A stretch of DNA of 61,732 nucleotides from a virus (IMGVR_UViG_2534682252_000039), one strand, 5' to 3'. Numbered from the stretch's first letter, positions 8,752 to 19,668 are shown. Numbers and translations: made by a program. The notes: a model not told the origin generated them from the letters alone.

Positions 8752-11700
8752 ATGGCCTATTCAGAGGAACAGCGTCCTGAGGCGCAACTCGGTAACCAGA
8801 ATCGTAACAGCCTGAACATTCAGCAACCCGGCGAAACTGACAGCTATGAAGCATTTTTCTCTGATCCGAATCGCTGGAAGGATAACAGTACGTCGTTCAG
8901 CCTGGGCGATGTATTGCCAACAATGGGTAAAGGTTTCGCCCAGTCCGTCCGGGGAACAGGGGAAATGGCCCGTGGACTCGGTGATGCGATGATTCAGAGC
9001 CCGGTAAAAACAGGGGCGCGTATTTTAAATGAGTTCAGCCGTATGGGGCTGCCGGGTGTCGCAACTGTGCAGGATATTTTTGCCGGTGGCAGCAGGGGGG
9101 CTGATGAGGTCATCGATACCCTGCCTGATGGCAAAAACGCGGTTACTGATACTGTCGGTAAAGGTCTGAAGGCAACCGGTAAGGCTGTCAGTGATGGTGC
9201 CAAAGCCACTGATGAATGGCTGACCGGTAAGATGTCGCCGGGTGCAGTTCGTGCGCTGAATACGCCGATGACCGAAGGCTATAATGATTCTGCGGTCTGG
9301 GTGGCGAAGGGTGTAAACCTGATTGGTGCGCTTGTACCTGATATGGTTGCTGGCGGTGTGGCTAGAAAGGTGGGTGATGTCACACTGCGAAAAATGCTGA
9401 CCGCCGGGCTGGAGAAAAAATACATCGCGGCAGGGATGCAGCCGGAAAGAGCCACGGCACTGGCAGCAGAAGCTGTCGATAAAAAAATGCCGGATTTATT
9501 CCAGGCGGGCCTGATCACCCATTCCACTGTAAGTGCACAGGGGCAGAGTGCAATGGCGGCAGCAGATGCTGTTCTTAATGCTGATTACTCTGAGCTGGCG
9601 CAGTCACCGAAATTTCAGCAGACGTTTTTGTCCATTGACGCCGACCCGCAGCACGCACAGCTTACTGATCGCCAGAAAATGGATCTGGCAAAAGAGCGTG
9701 TTGCCGATGAGGTGCGCGCGCAGCTGGCAACCGATCCTGAATTGCTGGCTGTGAATGCCATGGCGGCAAAACTGGGTGACGCACAACTGTTTAATCTGGT
9801 GACACGAGGCACAGCGAAGACCGTTAAAAGCGGCATTGTCAGAAATGCCACGGAACAGGGGGCGATTAATGCGGCGCAGGGCGGCTATTCACGCTATCAG
9901 GAAAACACGGCATTGCGTGAGACCGCCGGAATGGGTGTGTCACCGTGGGAGGGCGTGGCTGACGCAACGATCGAAGGTGCAGCCTTTGGTGCTGCGATGG
10001 GGGCTCCATTCGGTGCGGTTGCCGGATATCGTGGCAGACGTCAGGCCGCAGAAGAAACCGCCATGCGTGATGCTGAAACCGTGCAGCAGGACGACGCAGC
10101 CCCGCAACCAGAATCTGTTGATCCGGTGGCGCAGCAGCGTGAATCCATGCAGGGCATGAATCGCGAGCAGCTTCTGGAGCAGTATGCTGATGCGGATATG
10201 GCAACAGAGGGTGACGCATCCGCAGCTCATCGCCGGGAAGCTGCCAGCCAGTTGTTGAATGAACTGGACGAACAGACGAAGCGACAGGCTGTGATGAATG
10301 AGCTGAAGGCGAAGCCGCGTTCTGAACTGCTTGAGGAATACCGCAGACTCAGCCAGAAAGAGGGGCGCACCGAGACTGAAGAACAACAGTTTCAGGCAAT
10401 ACGAGAAGTCATTCGCCCACAACAGGAAGTGACGCCGGAAGCACAGTCACAGCCTGAAAATGCGGAGGATGGTAACGGGAGCATTTACCCGACGGTGCGG
10501 TTCCGGGACCCGAATGAAGTCCGCATTGAAATTAACGGGAATGGTGCGTCCAGACCAGCGGAACGCATTGAGAAGGTGCGCCCGGACAACCGTTATTTCA
10601 CGGATGAGAAAAGCGCCATGGGGAGTGATGTTTTCCGTAATGCCGCCGCCACCGGCCTGAAACCGTCCGTAGTGAAGAAAGGCGAGAATCAGTATGCCGT
10701 TGAAATGGATAATCCTGCGTTCTCTGAAGATGTGGCAACGGAAACCATTAACACCCTGGCTGACGGAGAGCGTATTGCTGATGCTGACCCGATGGAGCAG
10801 CCCGCGTTCATGCGTGACCCGCGATTCCGTGGTTTCACGGGGGATGATACGGAGGTACAGGCCCGCCTTGCCCGTGGCAACGCGCCGACGGCAGAGGAGC
10901 TTGTACGTTCACAGATGGCTGAAGGTGATGCCGGTCCGACAGCACAGGAGTTAACTGAGCGTCCACGCCTGCCCGCTCCCGGCGATATTCATCCCGGACA
11001 GGGATATCCGTTACCGGGAGAAGTGGCGCGTACGCCGGATGAAAATCAGGCCGGACGTGGTGGTCGTTTTACCACAACCGGTGAGGTTAAGGGCCAGAGT
11101 TTCCAGAAAGGACAAGCTCCGGCACCGGAAAACGCCGCTGGTCGCCAGGGGGAAACACTCGAGGGTGACATGGTTCGTCGTGGTCTGCCGTCACCGGATG
11201 CGCAGAACGCGACAGCACCGGTACGTGAAGGGCTACCGGCTCCTGACATTGCGCGTAATGTTCGTATGCCTCAGCCTGAATCACTTCCCCGCACTGTACG
11301 GGACTCACTGCCTGAGCTTGCACAGCAGGCAGAAGTACGCCGACAGGCCGGAGGAAATCGTGACATCCCGCAGCCTGAGACAATCGCACCTGAATCTGAA
11401 ACAACTGTCTCTACTGACAGGGAAGCTACCGTGCGCGGAGGTGAAGTCAGGGGCAAAAAAATTGAAGACTTTGGTGAAGAAATTAAGGGCGCGGCAAAAC
11501 ACCGTTATGCACAGCTTGCTGAAACACTGGGTAAAACGCTGGAAGACAGGGATTATGCCACGCAGCCGCTGAGCAAACTGTTCCCGAAACCGGACTACGC
11601 AAAACTGGCGAACGAAGGTGCTGATGCTGATACCCTGGCAATGATAGCGCTGTATCGTAGCGATATTCCGGCGAAGACGAAACACAATACGGCAGGCTGG

Positions 11701-14700
11701 GGGGAGAGCATAAAAAAAGTACGACACAGTGTATCGGAAATGCTGAACGGAACGGTCAGCGCGAAACGCCTCGCAGAATGGATGGAAGGCAGAATGCCCT
11801 CCCGTTACGCGGATACCTGGCAACTGTTACGCACTCTGCCACCCTCACAGATGGACAGGGCTTCTGCTTATCGGGTGGTATCGGGTGTGTATCAGGCGGC
11901 AGGAGGGAAGCGTTACGATCCGCCACAGAAACTTTATTCACTGCGCAATAAGGACAATAAGGGGAGTAACCTCTTTTTCTCGGAAAGCAGGGATGAATTA
12001 CTGGCAAAGGCGAAAGTCTGGTTTGCAGAGCAGGAGGAAAAATCACAGGCGAAAGGTGATGAAAAAACAGCACCGTCACCGGATGACAAAATCCGCTTTG
12101 ACGTTTACCGGAATACCCGCAGTGGCGATATTTTTATCGCTTACGGTAAAAACAAAATGCGGGTGAGAGGTGGCTTTAAGTCAGCCAGTGATGCGCGTAA
12201 GTACATTGATTCACATCGTGATGAGCTTGTTCGTCATGTGAAGGAGATGCGGGAGATTTCGCGTGAGGAGCAGCGCAACGCCACCAACCGCGACCGTACC
12301 GGACCAGAACGCCGCAAGGGGAATGTTTCACCGGAGCAGTTCAGTGATGCGTTTGGTTTCCGTGGTGTGCAGTTTGGTAACTACGTGGAAGGTCCGCGTC
12401 GTCAGGCTGATTTGAACCGGGCTTATGACTCGCTGCATGACCTTGCGGAAGTACTGAATGTACCGACAAAAGCGCTTTCCCTGAACGGTCGTCTTGGCCT
12501 GGCATTTGGTGCCCGTGGTAAGGGTAAGGCGGCGGCACACTATGAGTCAGGTGAGGTGGCAATCAACCTGACAAAAGGTAACGGACCGGGTGCGCTGGCG
12601 CACGAATGGTTCCATTCTCTGGATAATTATTTTGGTCGTTATGACGTTTCCAATGACGGGAAAATTACGTCAGGTGGCGACTTTATGACGGAAGCACAGC
12701 GTGTCAGGCGCATATTTAAAGACGGCAGGTATGTTGATGCTGAATATCCGGTACGTCAGGAGGTTTACGACGCTTTTAAAGGTGTGATTCAGGCCATTAA
12801 AAACAGTGACATGCCGCGTCGTTCAGCGCTTCTCGATGAGGTGCGCTCAAAACCGTACTGGTCAACGGATGTTGAAATGGCGGCACGTGCCTTTGAGCGT
12901 TATGTTCAGGATAAGGCGCGTATGGCTGGCGTGGAGAATGATTATCTGGTCAATATCCGTAAGGCACCTGAGCACAACACAGATAACACCTACGCTTATC
13001 CGACGAATGCGGAACTGGATGGCGGTATTCGTGAGGCATTCGATCACCTGTTCCGCACCCTGAAAACCCGTGAGACGGACAAGGGCGTTGCGTTTTATTC
13101 CCGTAAGGGCGTTACCCGCACACCTGAAGGTAATCTCATTTCGGATGTTAACCGTAGTGCGGAAGCCAAAGGCAGCCCGGTCCCGCAGGTTGAAGCGGTT
13201 GCCCGTGGCGTGATGAGCGGCATTAAGGACAGTGACCTGAAGGTCCGTGTGGTGAAGTCACAGAAAGAGGCTGAAGCGCTGGCGGGTGAATTGTTCGATG
13301 GTTACGGCAGGGTGCACGCATTCTATCGTCCGGATAAACGAGAAATTGTCCTGGTGGCGGATAACATCCCTGACGGGCGGACCGTTCGCGAGAAGCTGCG
13401 TCACGAGATCATTCACCATGCCATGGAGCATGTTGTCACACCAGCGGAATATCAGACGATTATCAAAACCGTGCTGAAAACCCGCGACAGTGATAACGTC
13501 ACCATCCGTGAAGCCTGGCGTAAGGTTGATGCTTCCTATGGTAAGGAATCACCGGAAGTACAGGCGGGTGAATTTCTGGCACATATGGCGGAGAAACAGC
13601 CGAATAAATTCGTGGCGGCATGGGAGCGTGTTGTTGCCCTGGTCAAAGGGGTACTGCGTCGTACGGGGTTACTGAAGCCGACGGAACTGAACGATATCAG
13701 ACTTGTTCGCGAGACCATCCGTACGTTAGGCCAGCGTGTGCGGGAAGGTTACACGCCGCGTGAGGATGGCGCGGGCGCATCGTTTCAGTACTCCCGTAGT
13801 GGTAAACGTGATCCGTTCAAAGTGCCGGAAGGTGAGGGCGAGCGTTATCGTGATGACCTTGCCAGAATGATGAAATCTCTGCGCACCACAGATTTAACGG
13901 TAAACATCGGGCGTACGCCGCCGGTATTGCGTCACCTTGGTGCACCGGATTTGCCGCTGGTTATTTCCCGCGATACTGTGCGGAAGGCCACCAATGGTGT
14001 GAAACATGTGGTGCCGATGGATGTTATCGAGAGACTACCGGAACTGATGCACGATCCGGATGCAATTTACCGCTCAGCGACAGAAAGAAATGCGGTTGTG
14101 ATGCTGCTTGATGCCGTGGATAAAAATGGTGATCCGGTGGTGTCAGCGGTACACATGAAGGCTGTCCGGTCGCGTCTGGAAATCAACAAGGTAGCTTCTG
14201 TTTACGGTACAGAAAATGGAAAAAAACTGAAGAGTATGGAAATGACCGGGTTAACGTTGTACCGGAGAGAAAAATTAAGCCGCGATAACCTTCTGCACAG
14301 AGGGCTCCAATTGCCCAAAGGGGAACATTCTTATCGCGGCTCTGCGGATAAAATACTCTATCCTGAAGATATTCGCAAGGGGCCGTATTACTCCCGTACC
14401 AGCAGTCTGACACCGGAAGAGACAATTGCATCGCGTTTTGTGCGCCAGATGCAGGATAAATTCCAGGTGCTGAAAGCTGTTCAGGAGAATATCCGTAAAA
14501 CTGGCGGCAAAGTGGACGACAGTAACAACGCTTATATGGCGGAAGAACTCTTCCACGGGAAGGCGGAAAACGACCTGAACGTGATGAAGGAGCGCTACGT
14601 TCAGCCACTGGCTAAATTACTGGCGGACTACAAAATTGCGCAGGCCGATCTGGATGAGTACCTCTACGCCCGTCACGCGCCGGAACGTAACGCGCATATC

Positions 14701-17133
14701 GCGAAAATCAACCCGAAAATGCCGGACGGCGGTTCGGGGATGACCAACGCGGAAGCGGCGGAAATCATGCAGCGTGTACGTAACAGTGGCAAACAGGCAC
14801 AGTATGACCGTCTGGCAGGGATTATTGACGATATGCTGGCCCGTCGCCGTGAGCTTATCCGTGAGGCCGGACTTGAAGAGAACGGTGTGGTGGATGCCTG
14901 GCAGAACGCCTACCGTTACTACGTTCCCCTGAAAGGTCAGGATGTTGACGGTGTGGTGTCACTGCCCCGTACAGGTAAGGGCTTCACCATCGGCGGACGT
15001 GAAAGCAGGCAGGCCATGGGGCGTGCATCCCGGGCACAGTCTCCGTCCACTCAGGCGATACAGGACCTGAGCGAATCGCTGATCCGCCATCGCAAAAACG
15101 AAGTGGGTAACGCCTTCCTGAAACTGGTGCAGGATAATCCCGACAAGGATTACTGGCAGGTATTCACCGATGACAGACCGGATACCATGCGGACGATTGC
15201 AGAGCGCAAGGACCAGGAAACTGGTGAAACCATTCGCGAAGTTGTCGAACGCCCTGTACCGATGGCAATGATGGCAGACCGGTACTTCACCACCAAAAAG
15301 AACGGCAAAACGTACTACATCAAACTCCATGATCCGCGCCTGATGCGTGCGATGAAGAGTATGGGACCGGAAACCAGCAATGCCTTTGTTCGTACGCTGG
15401 GGAAAGTTAACCGCTTCCTGGCAACGGTGAACACGTCGTATAACCCGGAATTCCTGGTCAGTAACTTCATCCGTGACGTGCAGACGGCGGTGATGAACCT
15501 GAAGGCGGAGCAGGGAAGGAGCGACGGTAAACTGAAAGGGCTGGATAACTTATCCGCCCTGGCTGTGGTGAAAGACAGCCGTTCTGCCATGTCAGCCGTA
15601 TACGCCAGTCTGCGTGGTAAAACCCTCACGGGAAAAGGTGCACAGTGGCAGAAGGTGTGGAAAGAGTTTGTTGAGGACGGAGGGAAAACCGGCTGGTTTA
15701 ACATGGGTGACCTTGAAGGCCAGCAGAAGGAAATGGATCGCCTTGTCTCACTGGCGAAGGGGGGATGGAAAGGCCAGAGTATCGGTGCATGGAATTCGTT
15801 CCTTAACCTTGTCGAGGATGCCAACGGTGCGGTTGAAAACGCTCTGCGTCTTTCTGCCTATAAGCACGCCCGTGATGCCGGTTTGTCACGCCAGCAGGCG
15901 GCGTCTCTTGCCAAAAACATGACGGTGAACTTTAACCGTCGTGGTGAGCAGGGGGCGCTGATGAATTCGCTGTACATGTTCGCCAACGCCAGCATTCAGG
16001 GAACGGCAAATCTGGTGAGAACGCTCGGACATCTTAATGGTGAGGGACCTTTACTGGAGCGCCTTCGCTGGAAGAATCTGAATGTTCCGCAGAAAATCGC
16101 GCTTGCCGCTGTGGGAGCAGGTTATCTGCTTGGCTCGCTTAACCGCAGCGTGGCGGGTGAGGATGATGACGGGGTTAACTGGTATGACAAGGTGCCGTCT
16201 CATGTGAAAGAGCGTAACCTCGTCATTATGAAATCGGTGTTCGGGGGCAAGGCCGGAGAGTACTGGAGTATTCCTCTGCCTTACGGGTACAACGTTTTCT
16301 TCCTGCTCGGGCATACTGCTGAAGGTGTGGCGGCGGGTGACCTGACGGCGTCCCGTGCTGCCGGTAATGTTGTTGGTGGTGTGCTTGGTGCATTCAGCCC
16401 GATTGGCAGTGAGACGTCGGAAACACTGTCCGGGGCATTGCTGAAAAATGCAGCGCCGACCATTCTGCGTCCGTTTGCGAACCTTGCCATGAATGAAAAC
16501 TTCATGGGGGCGCAGATTTACCAGGAGAACATGCCGTTTGGTACACCAAAACCTGACAGCCAGCTGGGAAGACGTTCAACGCCAGAAGCGTACAAGGCGT
16601 TTGCATCCTGGCTGAATGCGTTCTCAGGTGGCAGCCAGTACCGTCCCGGCGCGGTGGATATCACACCGGAATCGCTGAAATTCTGGATTGACTATATCTC
16701 CGGAGGGACAGGGCGCTTCATTTCCAAAACCACGGATGCGGCGGTGAAATCGCTGAATGGTATTGATATACCGGAACAGCAGGTGCCCTTCCTGGGGAAA
16801 ATTTCGGGGGAGGTGATGCCGTATGCAGACCAGCAGAAGATGTACGACCGGATGACAGAGATTGCGCAGTATCACGCAGAGCTGAAGAGTCTGACCGGTG
16901 CAGAAAGAACGGCGTTCATTGACGAGAACAACGGAAAATTGTCGATGAACGGGCTTATGCAGGATACCCGGAAGAGACTGAAGGATTTGCGTAAACAGCG
17001 TGATGCCATTTACGCCGACAGTACTCTCAGTCTGGCGCAACAGTCGGCGATGGTGAAATCGGTAGAGCGGGATATGAAAATTGCCGTGGATCGGTTTAAC
17101 CGCGAGTACAACAAAAAAGTGGGAGTGGATTAA
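8752..17133 (+). CDS. Giant multidomain protein (~2,790 aa) with zincin-like HEWFH motif; candidate virion-packaged polyvalent protein
   Basis: Uninterrupted ORF 8713..17133; preferred start ATG 8752 after GGAG; HEWFH at ~12601-12615; RHEIIHHAMEH at ~13399-13431; glycine-zipper segment near 9975-10030. Confidence 0.8.
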   Translation: MAYSEEQRPEAQLGNQNRNSLNIQQPGETDSYEAFFSDPNRWKDNSTSFSLGDVLPTMGKGFAQSVRGTGEMARGLGDAMIQSPVKTGARILNEFSRMGLPGVATVQDIFAGGSRGADEVIDTLPDGKNAVTDTVGKGLKATGKAVSDGAKATDEWLTGKMSPGAVRALNTPMTEGYNDSAVWVAKGVNLIGALVPDMVAGGVARKVGDVTLRKMLTAGLEKKYIAAGMQPERATALAAEAVDKKMPDLFQAGLITHSTVSAQGQSAMAAADAVLNADYSELAQSPKFQQTFLSIDADPQHAQLTDRQKMDLAKERVADEVRAQLATDPELLAVNAMAAKLGDAQLFNLVTRGTAKTVKSGIVRNATEQGAINAAQGGYSRYQENTALRETAGMGVSPWEGVADATIEGAAFGAAMGAPFGAVAGYRGRRQAAEETAMRDAETVQQDDAAPQPESVDPVAQQRESMQGMNREQLLEQYADADMATEGDASAAHRREAASQLLNELDEQTKRQAVMNELKAKPRSELLEEYRRLSQKEGRTETEEQQFQAIREVIRPQQEVTPEAQSQPENAEDGNGSIYPTVRFRDPNEVRIEINGNGASRPAERIEKVRPDNRYFTDEKSAMGSDVFRNAAATGLKPSVVKKGENQYAVEMDNPAFSEDVATETINTLADGERIADADPMEQPAFMRDPRFRGFTGDDTEVQARLARGNAPTAEELVRSQMAEGDAGPTAQELTERPRLPAPGDIHPGQGYPLPGEVARTPDENQAGRGGRFTTTGEVKGQSFQKGQAPAPENAAGRQGETLEGDMVRRGLPSPDAQNATAPVREGLPAPDIARNVRMPQPESLPRTVRDSLPELAQQAEVRRQAGGNRDIPQPETIAPESETTVSTDREATVRGGEVRGKKIEDFGEEIKGAAKHRYAQLAETLGKTLEDRDYATQPLSKLFPKPDYAKLANEGADADTLAMIALYRSDIPAKTKHNTAGWGESIKKVRHSVSEMLNGTVSAKRLAEWMEGRMPSRYADTWQLLRTLPPSQMDRASAYRVVSGVYQAAGGKRYDPPQKLYSLRNKDNKGSNLFFSESRDELLAKAKVWFAEQEEKSQAKGDEKTAPSPDDKIRFDVYRNTRSGDIFIAYGKNKMRVRGGFKSASDARKYIDSHRDELVRHVKEMREISREEQRNATNRDRTGPERRKGNVSPEQFSDAFGFRGVQFGNYVEGPRRQADLNRAYDSLHDLAEVLNVPTKALSLNGRLGLAFGARGKGKAAAHYESGEVAINLTKGNGPGALAHEWFHSLDNYFGRYDVSNDGKITSGGDFMTEAQRVRRIFKDGRYVDAEYPVRQEVYDAFKGVIQAIKNSDMPRRSALLDEVRSKPYWSTDVEMAARAFERYVQDKARMAGVENDYLVNIRKAPEHNTDNTYAYPTNAELDGGIREAFDHLFRTLKTRETDKGVAFYSRKGVTRTPEGNLISDVNRSAEAKGSPVPQVEAVARGVMSGIKDSDLKVRVVKSQKEAEALAGELFDGYGRVHAFYRPDKREIVLVADNIPDGRTVREKLRHEIIHHAMEHVVTPAEYQTIIKTVLKTRDSDNVTIREAWRKVDASYGKESPEVQAGEFLAHMAEKQPNKFVAAWERVVALVKGVLRRTGLLKPTELNDIRLVRETIRTLGQRVREGYTPREDGAGASFQYSRSGKRDPFKVPEGEGERYRDDLARMMKSLRTTDLTVNIGRTPPVLRHLGAPDLPLVISRDTVRKATNGVKHVVPMDVIERLPELMHDPDAIYRSATERNAVVMLLDAVDKNGDPVVSAVHMKAVRSRLEINKVASVYGTENGKKLKSMEMTGLTLYRREKLSRDNLLHRGLQLPKGEHSYRGSADKILYPEDIRKGPYYSRTSSLTPEETIASRFVRQMQDKFQVLKAVQENIRKTGGKVDDSNNAYMAEELFHGKAENDLNVMKERYVQPLAKLLADYKIAQADLDEYLYARHAPERNAHIAKINPKMPDGGSGMTNAEAAEIMQRVRNSGKQAQYDRLAGIIDDMLARRRELIREAGLEENGVVDAWQNAYRYYVPLKGQDVDGVVSLPRTGKGFTIGGRESRQAMGRASRAQSPSTQAIQDLSESLIRHRKNEVGNAFLKLVQDNPDKDYWQVFTDDRPDTMRTIAERKDQETGETIREVVERPVPMAMMADRYFTTKKNGKTYYIKLHDPRLMRAMKSMGPETSNAFVRTLGKVNRFLATVNTSYNPEFLVSNFIRDVQTAVMNLKAEQGRSDGKLKGLDNLSALAVVKDSRSAMSAVYASLRGKTLTGKGAQWQKVWKEFVEDGGKTGWFNMGDLEGQQKEMDRLVSLAKGGWKGQSIGAWNSFLNLVEDANGAVENALRLSAYKHARDAGLSRQQAASLAKNMTVNFNRRGEQGALMNSLYMFANASIQGTANLVRTLGHLNGEGPLLERLRWKNLNVPQKIALAAVGAGYLLGSLNRSVAGEDDDGVNWYDKVPSHVKERNLVIMKSVFGGKAGEYWSIPLPYGYNVFFLLGHTAEGVAAGDLTASRAAGNVVGGVLGAFSPIGSETSETLSGALLKNAAPTILRPFANLAMNENFMGAQIYQENMPFGTPKPDSQLGRRSTPEAYKAFASWLNAFSGGSQYRPGAVDITPESLKFWIDYISGGTGRFISKTTDAAVKSLNGIDIPEQQVPFLGKISGEVMPYADQQKMYDRMTEIAQYHAELKSLTGAERTAFIDENNGKLSMNGLMQDTRKRLKDLRKQRDAIYADSTLSLAQQSAMVKSVERDMKIAVDRFNREYNKKVGVD

Positions 17134-17140
17134 CAGAAAT

Positions 17141-17165
17141 GGCCCCGTACGGAAGTGCGGGGCTG
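17141..17165 (+). terminator. Hairpin after the giant gene (no strong T-run)
   Basis: CCCCGtacggaagtgCGGGG. Confidence 0.3.
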
Positions 17166-17255
17166 ATTAAGAAATAAACACTCATTGACCTGTAATAACC
17201 GGAGCTATTAACATATAGTCAGAAGAGCATTTCATGTGATACAGAGAGCCGATTT

Positions 17256-17604
17256 ATGTTTAATGAAGAAAAAGTTGCGCAAATGGCAGCGTATTTGCTG
17301 AAAAAGCATGGCGGATCTATGCGTTTCATTAAGCTGAAGCAGCAACGGTAATGGCGAATAGCATTTATGAGCAAAATAATCTTGATATGTTATTAGGCGA
17401 TCTGATGTAACCGGGATGATGTTCACCCCTTATCGCCGGGGAACAATACCGGCAATCAGAATTGCGGATGGAACTATTCAGGCCCACGATGATATCGATG
17501 AGGAGTTTTTTCAGCCAGTATTGGATGGCTTTCTTATATCCAAATATACGCCATTTGACATCCTCCACGCCCTGAAGGACGGGGTTTTACAGCGCACCGG
17601 ATAA
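17256..17604 (+). pseudogene. Degraded GepA/DUF4065-like gene (three out-of-frame fragments)
   Basis: MFNEEKVAQMAAYLLKKHGGSMRFIKLKQQR-stop, then fragments ending ...FDILHALKDGVLQRTG; N-terminal pattern resembles DUF4065 proteins as remembered. Confidence 0.3.
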
Positions 17605-17683
17605 GATTCGGTGTTTTGTTGAAAAATACTGTGATAACAAACAGAAAACCCGTCAGTAAGACGGGCTTAGCAAGCTGGGACGG

Positions 17684-18028
17684 TTACTTTAATAATTTCA
17701 GTGCCTTTACATCCACTTCAACACTGCTCAGGTCTTTATCAATTTCACCCTCAATTCTTACTTTGTCTTTCGGAGAAACATTCTGACCGGCCCATATGCT
17801 GTCATCGATATCCGTGACAATTGTCCCGCTATTGTCACGAAACTCATAACGTTCATCACCCACTTTTTTAACGATGCTCCCTTCAAGGATAACCCATGCA
17901 TCATCCTTCAGTTCTTTTGCCTGCGCTACTGTTGAACGCTCTGCTTCAGGCCCTTGGAAACCGCCCTGCTGTGCAAAAGCGCCAAAAGACACACCAGAAA
18001 TAAGTGCTGCAATCAATACCTTTTTCAT
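17684..18028 (-). CDS. YgiW/YdeI (BOF) family periplasmic OB-fold protein
   Basis: Signal peptide MKKVLIAALISGVSFGAFA; conserved ...DDAWVILEGSIVKKVGDERYEFRDNSG... Confidence 0.8.
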   Translation of the reverse strand: MKKVLIAALISGVSFGAFAQQGGFQGPEAERSTVAQAKELKDDAWVILEGSIVKKVGDERYEFRDNSGTIVTDIDDSIWAGQNVSPKDKVRIEGEIDKDLSSVEVDVKALKLLK

Positions 18029-18147
18029 TCATAGTCCTCTTTCAGAGATGAACATTCAAACAGCATTTTCAGTATGGTAAAGCGCGGGTGCGTTGAGGAT
18101 GCCTGACACATCAGAGGTGGCGGGAGATTACTCCCCCGCTTGGTCTC

Positions 18148-18303
18148 TTACTTCTCAGATTCGTAGTCTACGAAGACAGCGACCTCCGTCTGACCGGTTC
18201 GGATTCGCACCTCGCAGAGGTCTTTCCTCGTTACCAGTGCCGTCACTATGACGGTTAAACAGATGACGATCAGGGCGATTAACATCGCCTTTTGCTGCTT
18301 CAT
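18148..18303 (-). CDS. hok: Hok/Gef-family type I toxin (HokD/RelF-like), with overlapping mok-like frame upstream
   Basis: MKQQKAMLIALIVICLTVIVTALVTRKDLCEVRIRTGQTEVAVF...; track ORF extends to 18360 in the mok-like frame. Confidence 0.85.
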   Translation of the reverse strand: MKQQKAMLIALIVICLTVIVTALVTRKDLCEVRIRTGQTEVAVFVDYESEK

Positions 18304-18593
18304 AGCCTGCTTCTCCTTGCCTTTCGGCACGTAAGAGGCTAACCTACATGTGTTCAGCATGGATTGAGCCTCAGATTAATGTTAAGCGTCTTGCCGGACG
18401 CGTAATGTTAACTGGGGCTTTTCTCTATCTGCCGTTGGTGTTCATGCCCGAGGCAGATAGCCTCAAGCACCCGCAGCAATTCTACTTAACTCTCCTTTTC
18501 CCGCAAACCGTTTTTATCTCCAGCGACAAATCGAATACACAACCAGCACCACCGCCATTACTGTTCCTACATTTGCGAATGCTTCAGGCCAGG

Positions 18594-18989
18594 TCATTGA
18601 TTCACCTTCTGCTCAATATTTTTAAGGTCATTTTCCGCATACAGTATTGCAGTTCTTGCTGCCCGCAACCGTGCTTTGGTGTTCTTTTCTTCACGCTCGA
18701 GGCTGGCAACAGATTCTCGGAGCTGATCGTGTCTGTTATGAAGCTGTCTAATCTCTCTCACCACAGCCTCACCATCGTTCGCACACCGCAGAACATACTG
18801 AAAAGGGTCCACAACACATCCGCACTGCAAGCACAGGATAACGTGATCCTGTTCATGAACCTCAATGGCCCGATGCTTACAGCTCTGTTGTGTGTAGTTT
18901 TTTCTGCCAGTTACTGTAATGTTCAGCAGCTTCTCTTCATCGCGCTTTGGCTGCACCAGTGTGATGATATTATCGCCTTCATTTTCCAT
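18594..18989 (-). CDS. Hypothetical Cys-rich / coiled-coil prophage protein
   Basis: Start MENEGDN overlaps upstream stop; CxxxxxC...CLQCGC motif. Confidence 0.45.
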   Translation of the reverse strand: MENEGDNIITLVQPKRDEEKLLNITVTGRKNYTQQSCKHRAIEVHEQDHVILCLQCGCVVDPFQYVLRCANDGEAVVREIRQLHNRHDQLRESVASLEREEKNTKARLRAARTAILYAENDLKNIEQKVNQ

Positions 18990-19648
18990 CAGTTCACCTC
19001 CTGCGGCGGTTCTGGTAGCGGCATCCAGTGTGACGGTTTCCACGACGCACCAGGAATTATCCACCCATCATTAGCGTCAGGATGCCCCGGGATGTAAGTC
19101 GCCCACTTCATTCGCCAGTCACCTTTCCTGTCAAACTCCACGGCAACAAGAACGGCTGTTTTGGTATCCGGCATTCGCTCACTACAACTTATCCAACCAT
19201 CCGGAGTTACCGGAGAGTTGCCAGACAGCGCATTCTGCAACCGTTCCAGCTTAACGTATTCCTGAACCCTGTTTCCGTCGCACGCCTGAAGCCATTGCTC
19301 AGCCTTTTGCGCATCAGTGTGAAAGGCACAAGTGCGACCGTCATCAAATTGCATTTCGTAGAGGTTAGCAATCTGTTCAAACTGCGTGTGTGGCAACTTG
19401 TAAGTTTGGCTTACGAGTTCGGCTTCCAGTTCTGCTATGCGCTTCTCTGATGCTTCAAGTAACGCCTGCTTATCGCGTAGCGCTTCTTCCAGTTCAGCAA
19501 CATGGCATTCACTATCAATAAGGTTGTTCTCTGCTGCTCCCAGCTCAACTCTCAGCTTCCCAACCGTAAGCGCAATCTCCTCGTTCTCCTGGTCGCGGCG
19601 TTTGATGTATTGCTGGTTTCTTTCCCGTTCATCCAGCAGTTCCAGCAC
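18989..19648 (-). CDS. DUF551-domain protein with Ea22-like coiled-coil N-terminus
   Basis: C-terminal ...PSHWMPLPEPP typical of DUF551. Confidence 0.6.
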   Translation of the reverse strand: MLELLDERERNQQYIKRRDQENEEIALTVGKLRVELGAAENNLIDSECHVAELEEALRDKQALLEASEKRIAELEAELVSQTYKLPHTQFEQIANLYEMQFDDGRTCAFHTDAQKAEQWLQACDGNRVQEYVKLERLQNALSGNSPVTPDGWISCSERMPDTKTAVLVAVEFDRKGDWRMKWATYIPGHPDANDGWIIPGASWKPSHWMPLPEPPQEVN

Positions 19649-19668
19649 GGTAGCCGGGTTAGCCTCTG

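Noticed and set aside
9866-15824. Minus-strand ORFs inside the giant gene (e.g. 9866..10219, 9940..10422, 11305..11823, 15315..15824)
   Set aside because: Antisense shadow ORFs within a long, continuous coding frame.
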